A DNA stretch of 57,788 nt, the filler included, from Bipalium vagum (Eukaryota), in NCBI GenBank assembly GCA_037834085.1. It is 3 parts of 3 records of this genome, joined end to end, with 100 filler letters (N's around TTAATTAATTAA, not from the genome) between each part and the next. Parts side by side here need not be neighbours in the genome. Positions count along the whole stretch, not along the records: positions 1 to 22,885 come from JBBMKC010215361.1; 2 more parts are not named here. One strand, given 5' to 3'. A program made the translations under genes and the position numbers. Of this stretch, positions 1 through 13,512 are shown piece by piece. How positions within the stretch are numbered: position 1 is the first letter of the stretch; the number at the start of each line of letters is the position of its first letter. The notes under the pieces were generated by a model. That model saw only the letters and a list, made by a program, of their open reading frames with translations, ran no database searches and was not told where the DNA came from.

Positions 1-759
1 TTATTATTATTATTATTATTATTAATCTTTTCAGACATTTAGTTTTCCTATGAGACAAAAATGTTCAATAATATTTTTTAATTAACGAAAATGTAATTTT
101 TAAATGCATTCGCTGAATAATTAAAATATCTCTTTTAATTCCTCAAATTGTAAAACAACGTACAAAACTAAAGCGAAACATGCAAGAGAAAGGGAGAGAC
201 GAATGAAAGCATTAAAAATATAAAATAAAGTTTGCCCCGCTCTGTCAAGGAAGCGATTTAGGAAATTCTGTCAGTCAAGACGATAATAATAATTCTGAAG
301 GAGAATTCGAATTTCTCTCACAGATCAACGAGAAATAATGAAATTTACATTTTTCAGTTTTTGTTATTGAGAAATTTTGTTTTATTTTTCTTTGGAAAAT
401 CTGAGATTATTCCTCGAGAAAGAAAACTGGAATAAACATTTTTCATTTTAATTATTTTAATCCCATTTTTGGCATTTTTTGAGATTAATGCATTAATTTT
501 CTCGAATTTTTGCACTTTGTTTTATTATTGGATAAAAATAAAGTTATGAAAACTTTTGTAATTCTCGAATTAGTCGAAAAAATTAAATTTTGACTAAAAT
601 TAGTTCTAATAATAATAATATCTCCTTTCTCTTTGGAAACATTTATAATTATGCTTGATTTTTAATTATGCGAGTTAACATTTGTTTAAACATGCTATAT
701 TTGTCTGTAAATTGCACACAATTTCAAAATGGCAAGTTTACAAAAATCAGGCTTGGAAT

Positions 760-1306
760 ATTATCGAAGAGTCACGATTAATAGGCGTCATCTCCGGTGA
801 GGATGATGTCATGTCCCCACACTTGAAAATGGGTGAAACTATCACCAAGGAAGTCTACATACAGATTCTGAATACAACGGAAACCGTTGCTTCTGAAAGA
901 TCGTACATCTTTCAACAAGACTGAACGCATGCTCATACAAGTTATTTAGTTCAAAACTGGCTGTCCGATAATGTTGACATGTACTGGAGCAAGGAATTAT
1001 GGCCCCCAAATAGTCCAGATTTAAACCCTATGGATTATTATGTATGGAGTGTTCTTGAAAGGGTTACTAACAAGTCGAAACACCCTAATCTGACATATCT
1101 ACAGAATTCCATTACAGAAGCATTTGCTCAATTGAACCATGTCCATATAAAGAAGGCATGCATGCGCTTCAGGCAGAGAATCTTGAAGGTCATAGAAAGA
1201 GAAGGTGATTATATCGAGCAAAAGAAGTACGGAACATATTTTCAATCCAAATATATATATTTGTTGGTATAAAGTTTTTTTGTCCGGATTTTTCTGGCAC
1301 ACCCTG
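760..1306 (+). mobile_element. maT/DD37D Tc1-mariner element, 3' part, pseudogenised
   Basis: FQQD*...WPPNSPDLNPMDYYVW has exactly 37 residues between the catalytic Asps. The right TIR TTTTCTGGCACACCCTG is followed by TA at 1307. Confidence 0.85.
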
Positions 1307-3730
1307 TATACTCATCACTTCTGACTCATATTTGGCTACTGGATTATATTTAATATTAACAGACATTGAAGATACGTCTGTTGAATAATATATGACATAA
1401 TATAATATAATGTGTATAAGTATAATTCCAGCTTTTACAAAAATGAGTTAAAAGTTTTGGTTCAATAGTCCTTTTTAATCCCACTGGTTTTATTTATCTA
1501 CATATCTGCGAAGTAGAAAGATTCACGGAGAGATTTTCTTCACATCCAATTTCAGTATGTAAATTGTCACTCCCCATAATTTCAAGTATTTCACAATGTA
1601 CGGCATCTTTATTAATTGTTTTCCTTCCTGCATTGTAAAAAGGTTTTCATATATCATATCTCTCTTATGCTCACTTTTCTTCAATTTTTCATATAGTTGT
1701 GTTAAGTGTATTTTTACTTAACGAGGTGATTTCTTGCAGTTCCTTTTTATTTTGTGTAAACGTTTTATTTGTTCAAAAAGGTTTGTCCACAGAAATTCTT
1801 TTCTTTCTTTCATTACATGTAACTACTTCTATTTCATCCACACTTTCTTATAAAATCAATATTGTCAATAATAAAACAATGAATTTTAATTTATGAAATG
1901 GACTGTAAATAATAATTATATTATTTATTTATATATTATCATATTTTAAATAATTATATGTTACAGGTGAAGAATATACATAATAAATTGAAAATAATTA
2001 TATTTACAAAATATAAATAAATAATATTATCGATTTATTTTAAATAATCAATGAAATTTAAAATAATAATAAATTAAAACATAATGATATCAAATGTTCT
2101 CTAAATTCCGTAACATCTCACGGGGAGCTAATAATTGAGATAAATAAAATAATTATTGTCTTAAGTCTAATGAGAAAATGTCCGATTTCCCACTGAATTA
2201 ATGGTACTAAAAATTAGAAGATTTACGAAAATATTTCAAAATAATGTTGTCGAAATATATATTAAAAAGATATGTTAAAATTATTAATGTAAAAATCATC
2301 ATAACTAAAAGAAAAAATTACCTTTCCAAATACAAAACGAAAGTGACATCATAATAAGGTTCTGGGCAACAAGTATAAACAATATTATTCCTTAATACCT
2401 AAACAAATAAAATAATTTTATGTTTTTAAATAATAATATTTTAAAATATTAACAATTTCAAAAATAAAAATTCATTCATATTCGAAGCTTATATTTATAT
2501 TATTATTAATTTTATATTATTTATATTTTCATTTATACTTATACGAATATCGATTAAAAAGTGATATTTTGCGTCTAATATAATTACATTTTATTTTTTT
2601 AATTAAATCATTTTTACAAAACGTTAAGTACATTTTTCTTAATTCAGATTGGTCTCTTTTTTCTTCCATAAACCCTAATAAAATATATTATCAATTTTCT
2701 ATTATTACTTAAGTTATAATTAAATTTAATCAATAATGCAATTAAATTTGTTTTAATAATTACCTTAAAAAATTCAATTTAACAAAGAGAAGAATTATTT
2801 TATCTAAATGAATTTCGAAATTTTGATTTAATAAAACAATTTATTTAGTTTAACTTGTCATAATCACTAAAAATTTATTAATTTAAACAACGATCAGAGA
2901 AATTAGGTTTTGTTTTAATTGGCTGACTATTAAAAGCAGTCTTTAAATATATAAAAGTAATAAAAAAATAATTATTATAAATTAAAATAAAAAATTTAAT
3001 TTTCTATTTGATCTCCATCATTAATTTTGTTCCACCTGCACTAGTCTCACAATAATTAAAACAAAGAAATAAAATATATTGTCTATATAAATTGTCTATA
3101 TACATGTGACTAACGAACATTAGTGTATGAGGTGAAAAATGTTTTTATTATATTATTTAGAGGTCCTGTGTACTTTCGATGGACCAGTCGAACCAGTGAA
3201 GTGAAACCGAAGGAAACCCCCCTAATAATCCAACATAATTTTCGAATTCCACAATGGCACAGCGTCTTTCAGCGTAATAATTAAATTCATCTCTTTTCTT
3301 ATGTTTTCTTGAGCAAGGCTCCATATACTAATTAAAAATTTTTCTTTCATTGAATCGAATATTTCTTTCATTTGAAAATAATTTTTCTCCCTCGATTGTA
3401 CGGCTCTCATGAGAATTTATTTATAAATGTAAAATGAATATAAATTCATAATAATTATTATTACTATTAGTAATATATTAATTATATAACAGAATAATTA
3501 AATAAGGGTAATTAATGAAATTATTCAGTCTTGATTATTGATCAGTACTCATTAAAAAAACGTAAATTTCCGAACTTAATACTCCATTACATTTATTTTT
3601 AGAAATTAAATTTTAAATTCTTTTTATTTTTAATTAATTTTTCTTTATTGCAATGCGTGTTTAAAAAAACGCGCTTTTAAAAATTTTTCAAGAAAAAAAA
3701 TTCTGTAGAATAATTGGTACTTCAGATGTA

Positions 3731-5043
3731 TTAGGTGTAGGCATAAGTTTTAAATAATTTTTTCATCGTTGTTTTACTAATCCAAATATTATCAAATAAC
3801 AGTAGCGAAATTTTACATTGGTAATCAATATAATAAATTTTATAAATATATTGAATTTTTTTACTTAAGTTATTTTATAAAAAACCAAAATATCAGTCTT
3901 CAAAATGAGTGATGAAAAATTGTGTTGCATAAGTTGCAATATGTGTTGCATATTGTTCGGTGTTGCATAAGATATGAATTTAATCTAGGCAAAAATGCAT
4001 CTAAGGCATTTAAATCAATATGTTCCTTTCTTGGTAATAATGCCGTTTCCAGCAGTACATGTAAATACTGGTATCGTCAATTCAAGGACGGAAATTTTGA
4101 TGTTATGTAATGGTGTTCCACAGATATTGTAATCAGCTAAATTGGAAGAGCTGTTGAATGAAAATACAGCCCAGACACAAGAAGAACTCGCTAAACAACT
4201 TGCCGTTGATCAAAGAACTGTTGGGAGACGATTACATGACATGGGAAAAATTCAGAAGGCTGGAAAGTGGATTCCGCACGAACTTTCCGGGCAATATTTT
4301 GTCGATTAACAATATGCAAATCCCTTGTTGCTAGACAAATAAAAAAGACTTTTTATGGAAAATCGTCACTGGAGATGAAAAATGGATTAGTTACAATAAT
4401 CCAAAACGCAAACATTCGTGGGTGGACCCTGCAATGCCAGCTACTTCCGTTGTCAAAACAAATATTCATAATAAAAAAGTACTCCTTTGCATATGGTTGG
4501 ATATAAAAAACCCATTCATTATGACCTCCTCCAAGCTGGTGAAACCATTAATGCGGAACGTTATAGCAAACAATTGCTGCCTTTGGCTAAACAAATCGAG
4601 AAAAAAAGACCTTTTTCAGGCAATGGTCGCATAAGATTGTTCTGTTACATAACAATGACAGACCTCATGTAGCGAAACATACTCAGGAAAGAATTTTACA
4701 GCTAGGCTGGGAAGGTCTTCATCACGTGGCCTATTCTCCAGACTTTGCTCTTACTGATTTTCATTTGTTTCGCTCAATGCAACATGAATTAGCCAGATGA
4801 CGTTTCAAAAATGTCGACCAGATACGAGATTTTGTCAAGAATTATCTTGCGTCAAAACCAATATCTTTTTATGGTACCGGGATTCGGCATTTACCTGAAA
4901 GATGGCAAAAAGTGATTTCCAATAATGGATATTATTTTGATGACTGATTTTTTGAATACCTGTCGTATAAAAATAAATATATTGCCTTTTTAATAAAATT
5001 TAGTTTTTTTTAAAAAATGGACTAAAATTTTGCCTACACCTAA
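3731..5043 (+). mobile_element. Full-length decayed mariner element (about 1.3 kb)
   Basis: TIRs TTAGGTGTAGGCA... and ...TGCCTACACCTAA are flanked by TA. Frameshifted transposase motifs: YEFNLGKNA, WIPHEL, IVTGDEKW, YSPDFALTDFHLF, LPERWQKV. Confidence 0.92.
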
Positions 5044-5047
5044 TATA

Positions 5048-6339
5048 CCCCTCCATTCCAAAAATAACAGAACTTTTAAAAAAAAGGCAACCAATATTTA
5101 TTTTGAAAGAAATTATTTTTATTAATCAATGTAATCGCCTTCAGCATCGATACACAAATTTGCACGCACTAACAAGTTGTCAAAGGACTTCTCTATATCC
5201 TTTGTGGTAATGGTCTTTGGGACATCAGTAACCGTACTTTAGATGGCCTCAACCGACTCGTGAAGCTTTCTCTTGATTGTCAAATGAAGCTTGAGGAACA
5301 GATAGTAGTCGTACGGAGCGAGATCAGGTGAATAGGGTGAATGTTGCAAAGCAATAATCTGATTTTTGACCAAAAATTCAGTCACAACTCTTGAACGATG
5401 TGATGGTGCATTATCATGCAAGAGTTCAATTGCCGTTTTCTCGATATTCTGGCCGAACACGACGAATTCTTGCCATCAATCGCTTCATGACATCTAAGTA
5501 AAAGTCTCCTGTGATTGTTTGACCGGGTGGAACAAACTCTTTGTGAATAATTCCTTTGGAATCGTAAAAGCAAATCAGCAAAACCTTTACTTTTGATTTT
5601 TCCAAACGAGATTGTTTCGGTTTTCCCTCATCCGGCGATCTCTATTCAGCACTCTGCCGCTTTGTTTCGGGTTCATACCTAAAACACCACTTCTCGTCAC
5701 AGGTAACATTCGTTTTCAAGAAGTTTGGGTCCTTCCGAGCACTTTTAATGATGTCTTTGCTATGATCAATTCAAGCCATTTTTTGGTCTTCAATGAGTTT
5801 GTGTGGAACAAACCGCGAATTAACCTTACGAAAACAAAATACGTCGGCCAAAATGCGGTATGCAGTTGTTTGAGGAATGCCTAATTCCATTTCAATCAAT
5901 TTCACCTTTGATTTTTTTTATTATTTTTGATAAATTCACGCATTTTTTCAATGTTTTCTTCCGATAATCCAGTTTTTGTACGGCCTGGTCTTTCATCGTC
6001 AATTATGGAATCGTTTTGAACCACTCGTATACTTGCGTACGAGAGAAACATTCATCACCATACGCAGATTGCAGCGTTTGATGTGTTTCAGTAAAAGATT
6101 TACCAAGTTTAAAACAGAAGTAAATTGCAGCTCTTTGTTTGAAATTCATTTTCTAACCGTAGTATTAAACAGACTAACAAGAACGTAGCAATTACTCACG
6201 TTGTTTATATCTTAATGTCATGAAATTTTTATCGGTTGTCAATGAATGACCACGTTATCTAGGGGTATAATGTTAAAATAAATGGCACTTGTAGTAATAT
6301 ATTTTTTTTTAAGTTCGCTTATTTTTGGAATGGAGGGTG
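5048..6339 (-). mobile_element. Full-length decayed mariner (DD34D), a different family from its neighbour
   Basis: TIRs CCCTCCATTCCAAAAATAA..GAACTT at both ends. LLHDNAPSH...HSPYSPDLAPYDYYLF has 34-residue D-D spacing. IVTCDEKW and RFVPHKL are also present. Confidence 0.9.
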
Positions 6340-8770
6340 TCAATTTCCAATAGATGAGTCACAAGTATTGGTTTTATTAAATCAATTATTTAAATTGTCA
6401 ATATCATTAATTTAAATATAAAAAATTGCTCAAACAACCAAAATTTGTAATTTCTCTGTTTCAGTTTTAACTAAAATAGAGTTTAATGCGAATTCCAGAC
6501 ATTACCAAAAGATCGATAAAGAATGAACGTGCAAGACTCAAGAGTTGAAGGCTCAGGGAGAACACTGAATCAAAACACCAGAAAATAATCAAAACTAGGA
6601 TAGTTTACCAAAAGAAAAATCAATGAATAACTTTTTTCAAATTGATAAATAAATTAAGCAAAATATCATCTCCAGAAAAAAATTTACAGAAGTCCTTAAT
6701 TTTTAGAAATTGTTTTATCTTTTGATTTTTAAGACAAATAATCTACAGGACAATTGATCCACATGATGCCTTAAAGGAATTCTTTTGGGAAAAGATCGTT
6801 TTTACTTCTTACTTAATGGGAAAATTGTTCGCTTTGTGCAATTATGGATTAACCAACAGAACAATACATCCAGACTAGGTTCAGTTCCTATTTTGATAAT
6901 TGTTCTTTCTTTATAGATATTAAATAATTAAATTTTATGTAAAAGAAAATAAAAAATATTTCTTAAAATGTTCTCTTATTGTGATCAATTAACAATAGTA
7001 AAGAAAGCGACTGAAATCAATTAAATCAATGGAAATGAGAAAGAGGAATAAAAGAAGATTTAACAAAATTTCATAGGCGTGTTTCGGAAACTATTGGTCA
7101 AAATAAATCAGAAAAATGTTCGAGCAAAAGGTTTTATTCAACTAAATTGAATTCAAATAAATTAGAATAAAAAGAAGATTTTAACAAATGTGTTTATTGA
7201 TTAATGTAATGAAAACCAATTAAATATAACTAAGAATTTAAGTAAAACCAATAAGATCAATAGATTTTAGAAACGAATAATAATAACGAATAATGAATAG
7301 ATTTGAAGAAAAACATTTTTAACTTAAAAAGACTTCGAAAAAGATATTGGATTAACTAAACCTTTATAACGAGACAAAGTTTGATAAACCGAAAGACAAC
7401 TGAGCTCCTGCACAATAATACCAGACCACATACATATTTAAACTCACGGTACACGTTGTAAGAGCTTAGGTTGGAATTAATGATGTATCCACCACCTAGC
7501 TGTGGCCAGGTACGTTTATTTTGATATATGCATAGCTCTCTCAAAGAAGTAAAGTTTAATTCTATGTAGGAATATGAAGAAAAGTATTTGATACAATTTT
7601 TTACAAAAATCCAGAGAAAGGTCATAACATTTGTCAATCTAAAGTGTGTCGATGTGACTTAAGTAAATCGCTTTATAATTCTTTTTCTACGTACTTCGGA
7701 GTGTTTATAAAATACGAAAAAGTCTTTTCCACACGAAATATTTTTCAATAAAATAGAAGTGAAAAAGGGATCATTTAAAGTCTTGTGGTACGTTGTTTTA
7801 ATTTGATAGTGTGATGGGTCCAGAGAACTAGATAGTAGATCTCACAATGATCACTAATTTTCTCAAGAGATCTTTTACGGAAAATAGAAACCATGTTTAG
7901 GTATTACTTTAACTCCACGTTCGGCAATGGTAAGTTGCCAAGGGATTACACAACCTCATGCCCTAGAGAATGGTTTCAATAAATCTGTACTTATACATTA
8001 TTAAGTAAACATATTGGAAATGAATGAACCTGAGAATAGAAAGGTCCTTGAAAAACTTCGATTTCCATACCTATTTCAAAGATTTCTACATATTACTAAA
8101 GGTGAAAAGAGATTCAACCTGAAAGATTTAAAGCCTGAAGGACTAATGAAAAAGGAGGAACGTCATTTATTGTTAAAAACAGATTCTGCGGAATATCTCT
8201 TCAAAACTGATTAAACTATCTGAAGGTAAACATTTTTCTTCCATGGTAAAAACCGTTATGGATTCTCGGGAATTAATAGAGTTACTCTTTACTGTGAAAA
8301 ATGTAATGTAGATTTTAACGATTTTGTTTAAATTATTGAAAACCTTCTTAGACTGTCGATATATCAAATAACCACTGAAACATTTTTCCCGTGCAAATTT
8401 TGTGGTATTTGATCAGTATATTTTTATAACCGTTCTGTGTGATTCTGTTTCAAGTATTTTCCCCTGAACTTTTGTCTGCAGAGTTACATGCAAGTCGACT
8501 GGGAACTCCGTTTCAGTGGGAAGGGGAAAGAAGAAAATGACAGGAAAACAGAATCGAAGACATCTCTCAGGCGTCAACTCATTAAAATCATTTCTTAATG
8601 TTTTATTTTGACTTTTAAAAAATTTTCGAATTTTTCAAATCGATTTTAAAAAAATTTAATTTTTCTCTTAATTAACTTTCTTTAATTTTTGAAATATACT
8701 TAATTAAAATATTATTAAGTAATTAAAATTAAATTATTAAGTTTTTGGAATTTATTAAAAATTTTATTAA

Positions 8771-8960
8771 ATAAAATATTTTTTTATTGATTAAAATATT
8801 AATTTATTAACTAAAATATTAATTTATTAATTAAAATATTAATTTATTAATTAAAATATTAATTTATTAATTAGAATATTAATTTATTAACTAAAATATT
8901 AATTTATTAACTTAAATATTAATTTATTAATTAGAATATTAATTTATTAATTAAAATATT
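8771..8960. repeat. Minisatellite with a 20-bp unit (TTAAAATATTAATTTATTAA), about 9 copies
   Basis: Directly visible tandem units with occasional C/G substitutions. Confidence 0.9.
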
Positions 8961-9547
8961 TATAAGTAATTAAAATTAATTTTTTATATTTTTTGAATTT
9001 ATTAATTTATTTTTTAATTCTAATCCAAGCGAACAGAAAAAAATGAGTGGACTCTTGTAATCAATAAGACTTACAGTGATATTAAAGAAGTCGAAGAATC
9101 AGTTAACTTGGGTGAACTTCTAAATGATAATGATGAGGCAGAAATACGCAAAACAAATGAGGTTGTTGATTCTTTCCATGACCTAATGAAAGGACAGGGC
9201 TTACGTAATATGTGACAGAAGGTTGTTATAAAAATACGTTATAAATATTTTTATGTCCAATCTTTTCTTTATAAGAAACTTTCTGGATAAGAATTTTTAT
9301 ATTAAAAACCGGCTTGAATTTTTTCTCATGCAGGATGCATTAATATTTTTGTAAGTAAATGATGTTTAAAGGTATGCCAATGGTTATAACAAAATAATCT
9401 TCCGTAAGGTGTTTTCTTAAATTAATTATGTTATAAGATTGTTTTGGTGATTGAAAATTACAGGGAAGTGACAGGAAAAGAAATGGAAAATTGTATATAA
9501 TTTAAGGTTAGTGAAAATCAGAAATAATATTTTTTTATTACTTAATA

Positions 9548-9790
9548 TTAAATGCATTTTATTGATAACAATAAACATAACAGGACGAAATTCTTGTCTC
9601 GCCAAGGCTTTATGTTGCGAAAATAACCACTTAAATCAATATTGTCATGCATGAGTACTTTGGTAATCAATTCTTTTAAATAGTTCCGATCTGTAATGGT
9701 TCTCATAAAGGATGATATTTGAGACTTAAAACTGCTGAAAAACTCTTCGATCAGGTTTAATTGACGCGAGTATGGTGGCAAAAACTTCTG
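9548..9790 (-). mobile_element. Tc1-like transposase C-terminal remnant
   Basis: LPPYSRQLNLIEEFFS, a variant of the SPxLNPIE motif. Confidence 0.7.
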
Positions 9791-11609
9791 GTTTAGTGTA
9801 AGTTGGCTCCAGTTTCATCTAAGTAAACAAGCTTACAATTTTCAGTGTACTCAATGTTCCTCGCATAAGGCTGTCTAGCCTCAATGTTTTAACAATTATT
9901 TCTCTCTTCGGGACCTCTGACTAATCACTTTCTGGTATAATTCATGTCACAGAAAATTCTTGAGACAGTACTTTGGCTGATTAAAATGCGGTCAAATTCA
10001 AATAGAAACAATCGATTATTTTTTCTATATATGCATAAACCTGTAAGTTAAATAAATAAAAATCGAAATTTCTTTTGCACCAGCATGGCAATATTTTCAA
10101 AATACGCCAAAAATTTTGAAGGTCATTACATATTGTTAAAACAAAGTATTTTGAATCAATTAATGTTAAAATCTCTGGACATAAATTCTTTCAAGAAATA
10201 TTTCCGTTTTATAACACATTTGGGAGTAACTTAATTAAAAGCTTAATATAAAAGTTTTTTGACGCACTTCTAAGAAATTTGATCATTTTGCGATTTCAGT
10301 AAAGCTCACTACGGTTATGATTTAAATATAATTTAAAAATGACATGTTAAAAATCATGTTCGAAAATAAAGAAACATTCGCATAACAAAAAAATTTAACT
10401 GTAAAACCGAAATGTTCGGTTACCCTCAAAAAATGAAAACTATTGAATCGTATCCCACTGAATACAAATATAGCAAAAAATATTATCAGGTTCTGGAATA
10501 ACCTAAAACCTTTTCCTAAAACATCTTAAGTATCCCTGTAGTAGTTGGAATAGTAGACTTGGATTGACCACCAGACTATCAGTTACAGTGAAGGGAAATG
10601 AAAAAAAGTTAAAGTGAACTCACTAAAAATGTTATGGATACAGCTTAGAGGTTCTCTCTAAATTCCAGATCTGAATACCACAAATATACATTTTTTGTCA
10701 GTATCATAAAGTATAAAAATCAAGGACTTCTTCAATCCAAAAAAATTATCTTTTTCCAAGGATTTCATAATTTGATAAAAATTGGGAAAAGGTTACAGAA
10801 AATCGAAAATATTTCGATTAAAATTAACCAATGAATGATTTTTTGGAAAATATTTTAATCAATCTAAAATTAAATGAAATCTTTTTTTGTGATTCTAAAC
10901 CTCTCACGCATAAATGTTTTGAAGGATGAAAAAAATTTATAATATAATATAAATAAAAAGTGAGTAAAATAAAAAAATCCAAAAAATTGTTTTCGACATT
11001 ATCGTGTGAGAGATTACGACAATTCATTAAAACAAATTAGTCGAATTTAACTAATTTTTCTGTCTCGTTAAGTAAAACGTAAAGTATTTACGTGGCTGGG
11101 CGTTCAAGGAAAGGGTTTCGAGAAATCAGGAAATATATAACATTCACGGAGCAGTTGGGAAAGATAAAAGGAATAATTAAAGCGATTGAAAGAGCTCAAG
11201 GTCATTAATTACTTTGTGAAAAAATGAGAAATAATTTTTTCCTTAATAATTCCATTATTGATTCTTTCTGCTTAACAAAATGGAGAGTTGTCTTCTAAAA
11301 GGATGTTAATTAATTTTTAAATTTTGGCACTGAGAAAACCCCATGCAAATGTCAACTGTGGCATGTTCCACCAACCATTCTAATAAGAGTTAATTAATTA
11401 TTATGGTTATATTTTATCGTAGTACAAACTATGTTTCGGGTAATGACGGCTGTAGGTTAGAAAAAAACAAAATTATAAACCAAATCAAATTACACTTCAA
11501 TCTCATCCATAGGTAATGTTTTTAGGTCGACAAGTTGAGAAGGTGTCTACTTTTAATATTATTACAAATCAAAAGACGGATAACATAAATACATATTTAT
11601 ACAAGATGC

Positions 11610-11930
11610 AACCAATAATTAATTGGTGAAGTAATCTCCGTCATTCTCGATGCACTTTAACCATTTTTCAGGTTGCTGGTGGATTCCAGTTAGGAACAAA
11701 GATGACGATTTTAAATCTATATAATTGGAAATCGATTTTTGAACATCATCAACCGTTTGTAACTGCGAATCGGCCAGGTAATGTTGAAGAGATCTGAATC
11801 AATTATAATCTAATGAAATCATGTCAGCTGAGTAAGCCTCGTGAGGAAGAATTTTCAAAGCCAAAGAGGAATGATGGAGTACAGTGGTCTTTGAGATATG
11901 TAGTCGGGCATTGTCCATATTAATGACTTT
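11610..11930 (-). mobile_element. Mariner transposase C-terminal remnant
   Basis: DNARLH...AYSADMISLDY..FRSLQHYL...PEKWLKCIENDGDYF. Confidence 0.75.
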
Positions 11931-12954
11931 GATTCAAGCTGCCCCATAATGGTCTAAGAAGATAAGTCAAATGAGCCTGTTATTTTATATGACATTTTAC
12001 GTGCTTCAACTTTTATAAATTTACATTATCAAGATAAAATGAGGAACAGGTTGAGTCCATACAACGCTTTGATTGGTCCAACTTTCTGAAAAGAATTGTC
12101 ATTATTATTGATGATTTAATAAAGAATGGTGCCAGGAATAAAGAGCATCACAAAGACTTATCAATGGAAAACCTAAGATAATTATTGAAGTCCACTTTAA
12201 GAGATAACAACCGGAAATATAATCGATAATTTTGAATTTTGCAAAGGGGTACTCTTAACTTAATGAAGAAACAAATAAGACTGAAGAATAGTCAATGTGC
12301 TACGGTGCAAAACATTTTTAAAACATTGCATTTAAACTGAACCTTAATTTTAATTTTTTTCATCCGTCTTTCTAACTGTGCACAGTGCCAAATATCGAAA
12401 ATGTTGCAACACTCGACGCAAGGTCAAATGGTAAAAAGTTAAAAATAGTTTTCTCGAAACAGTGTGCGAATAAAGTAAATTTCCGACTTTAAAATGTAAC
12501 CACGTAAAATGTATTTCCTTTGTTAATTGTTCCTTGTCCAGCATACGCGTCAATATTTTCATTTATTAATCCTTCGATTTTCTTTTATAGATAGATAATC
12601 TCTTCTGTCCTTTTGTACTTCATTTATTCTTCCAAGTCTTGCAAAAAATTTGTTTTTCTCAGAAATTCCTTTCTTAGATTATCTTCTTAATCGAAAGATT
12701 CATCTTGACATTCATAGACTTCCCTTAAATATCGATCAATTAGGATTATCACTAACAGAACCTTTTCCTTTTTCTTTACACCAATGCACTCAAAATATGT
12801 GGTGCAGTCAAAGATAAATTTTTCGATGTCGTCACCTTTCCTGAAAATTACAGGGTGCTATCTTCGCACAAAGGATCCATTGATGCGTGAATCGACATGT
12901 TGGTTACAGCTACGTCATCAATACTTTCGGAATTTAGAGAGTCTGATGATATTA

Positions 12955-13085
12955 TACTGCTTCAATTTGAATAATATCTTTCAGGTCTTGGATATCTTTG
13001 GGTTTTCTGCTATATATATGCGTCTTCAGATGTCTCTAAAGGAAGAAATCAATTGGCATTAGATTTGGAAGATAAGATAAATTAT
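12955..13085 (-). mobile_element. Tc1/mariner (DDxD-type) transposase remnant
   Basis: LPNLMPIDFFL*RHLKTHIYSRKPKDIQDLK resembles SPDLTPLDFFLWGYLK..VY..KP....DLK. Confidence 0.6.
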
Positions 13086-13344
13086 TGTCGATTTCATTAA
13101 TTAGGCTGTCACATATTACACTTCTTTCAGCATAGGCTTCGTCTTTTAACTTGTGTATAATTTGGATCTAGTATGGATAAAGTTAGATATCTTTTCGTAC
13201 TGATTTGTGTACATTTTAAAATTCCAAACAAAGTTCTTAGCAGAAGTTCTCAGAGATGTATCAGGTGCTTTTTATGAACTTGGTTTATTAAGCACGTTAG
13301 TCCCTCATCCTTTAAAAGTCACATCGCCCAGCTCTCTTACTTCC

Positions 13345-13512
13345 GTTACTCTCTTCTTTCTATTACTTTTTTTTCACTTTTGAGACCTCGTCCGCTGGTT
13401 GGCGTTCTGTTGTGGTCGCCATGTTAGTTGAAAATTAACCGAAGATACCGGGATTCGAACCCGGGAACTTTCACGTACAAGTGGGCTGATCTTGCCGCTG
13501 ATCTAAATCCCC
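13345..13512 (-). mobile_element. tRNA-derived SINE, or tRNA pseudogene with tail
   Basis: 13512-13441 reads GGGGATTTAGATCAGCGGCAAGATC...CCGGGTTCGAATCCCGGTATCTTC. It has an A box, a perfect B box with T-arm, a GATC/GATC D-stem, and degenerate anticodon and acceptor stems. A GC-rich body and an A/G-rich tail follow. Confidence 0.7.

Noticed and set aside
3160-3275. Exon-like GC-richer islands (also 160-330, 8480-8580, 11090-11380)
   Set aside because: They are open in several frames or strands with no recognisable family, so they cannot be assigned without transcript data.
6480-8220. Possible decayed transposase (CIHH motif, LRFP)
   Set aside because: Too degenerate to name a superfamily, and no termini were found.
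8771-8960. CRISPR-like regular repeats
   Set aside because: The units are directly tandem with no unique spacers, so this is a eukaryotic minisatellite.
12350-12470. nAChR loop C or Cys-loop-like text (VECCNIFDI..LERR; CFEKTIFNFLPFD) on the minus strand
   Set aside because: Motif spacing is wrong, the two motifs are in different frames, there is no suitable acceptor and no M1 follows.
13441-13512. Functional tRNA gene
   Set aside because: The anticodon stem-loop is malformed, the acceptor stem has a mismatch, and it continues into a SINE-like body.
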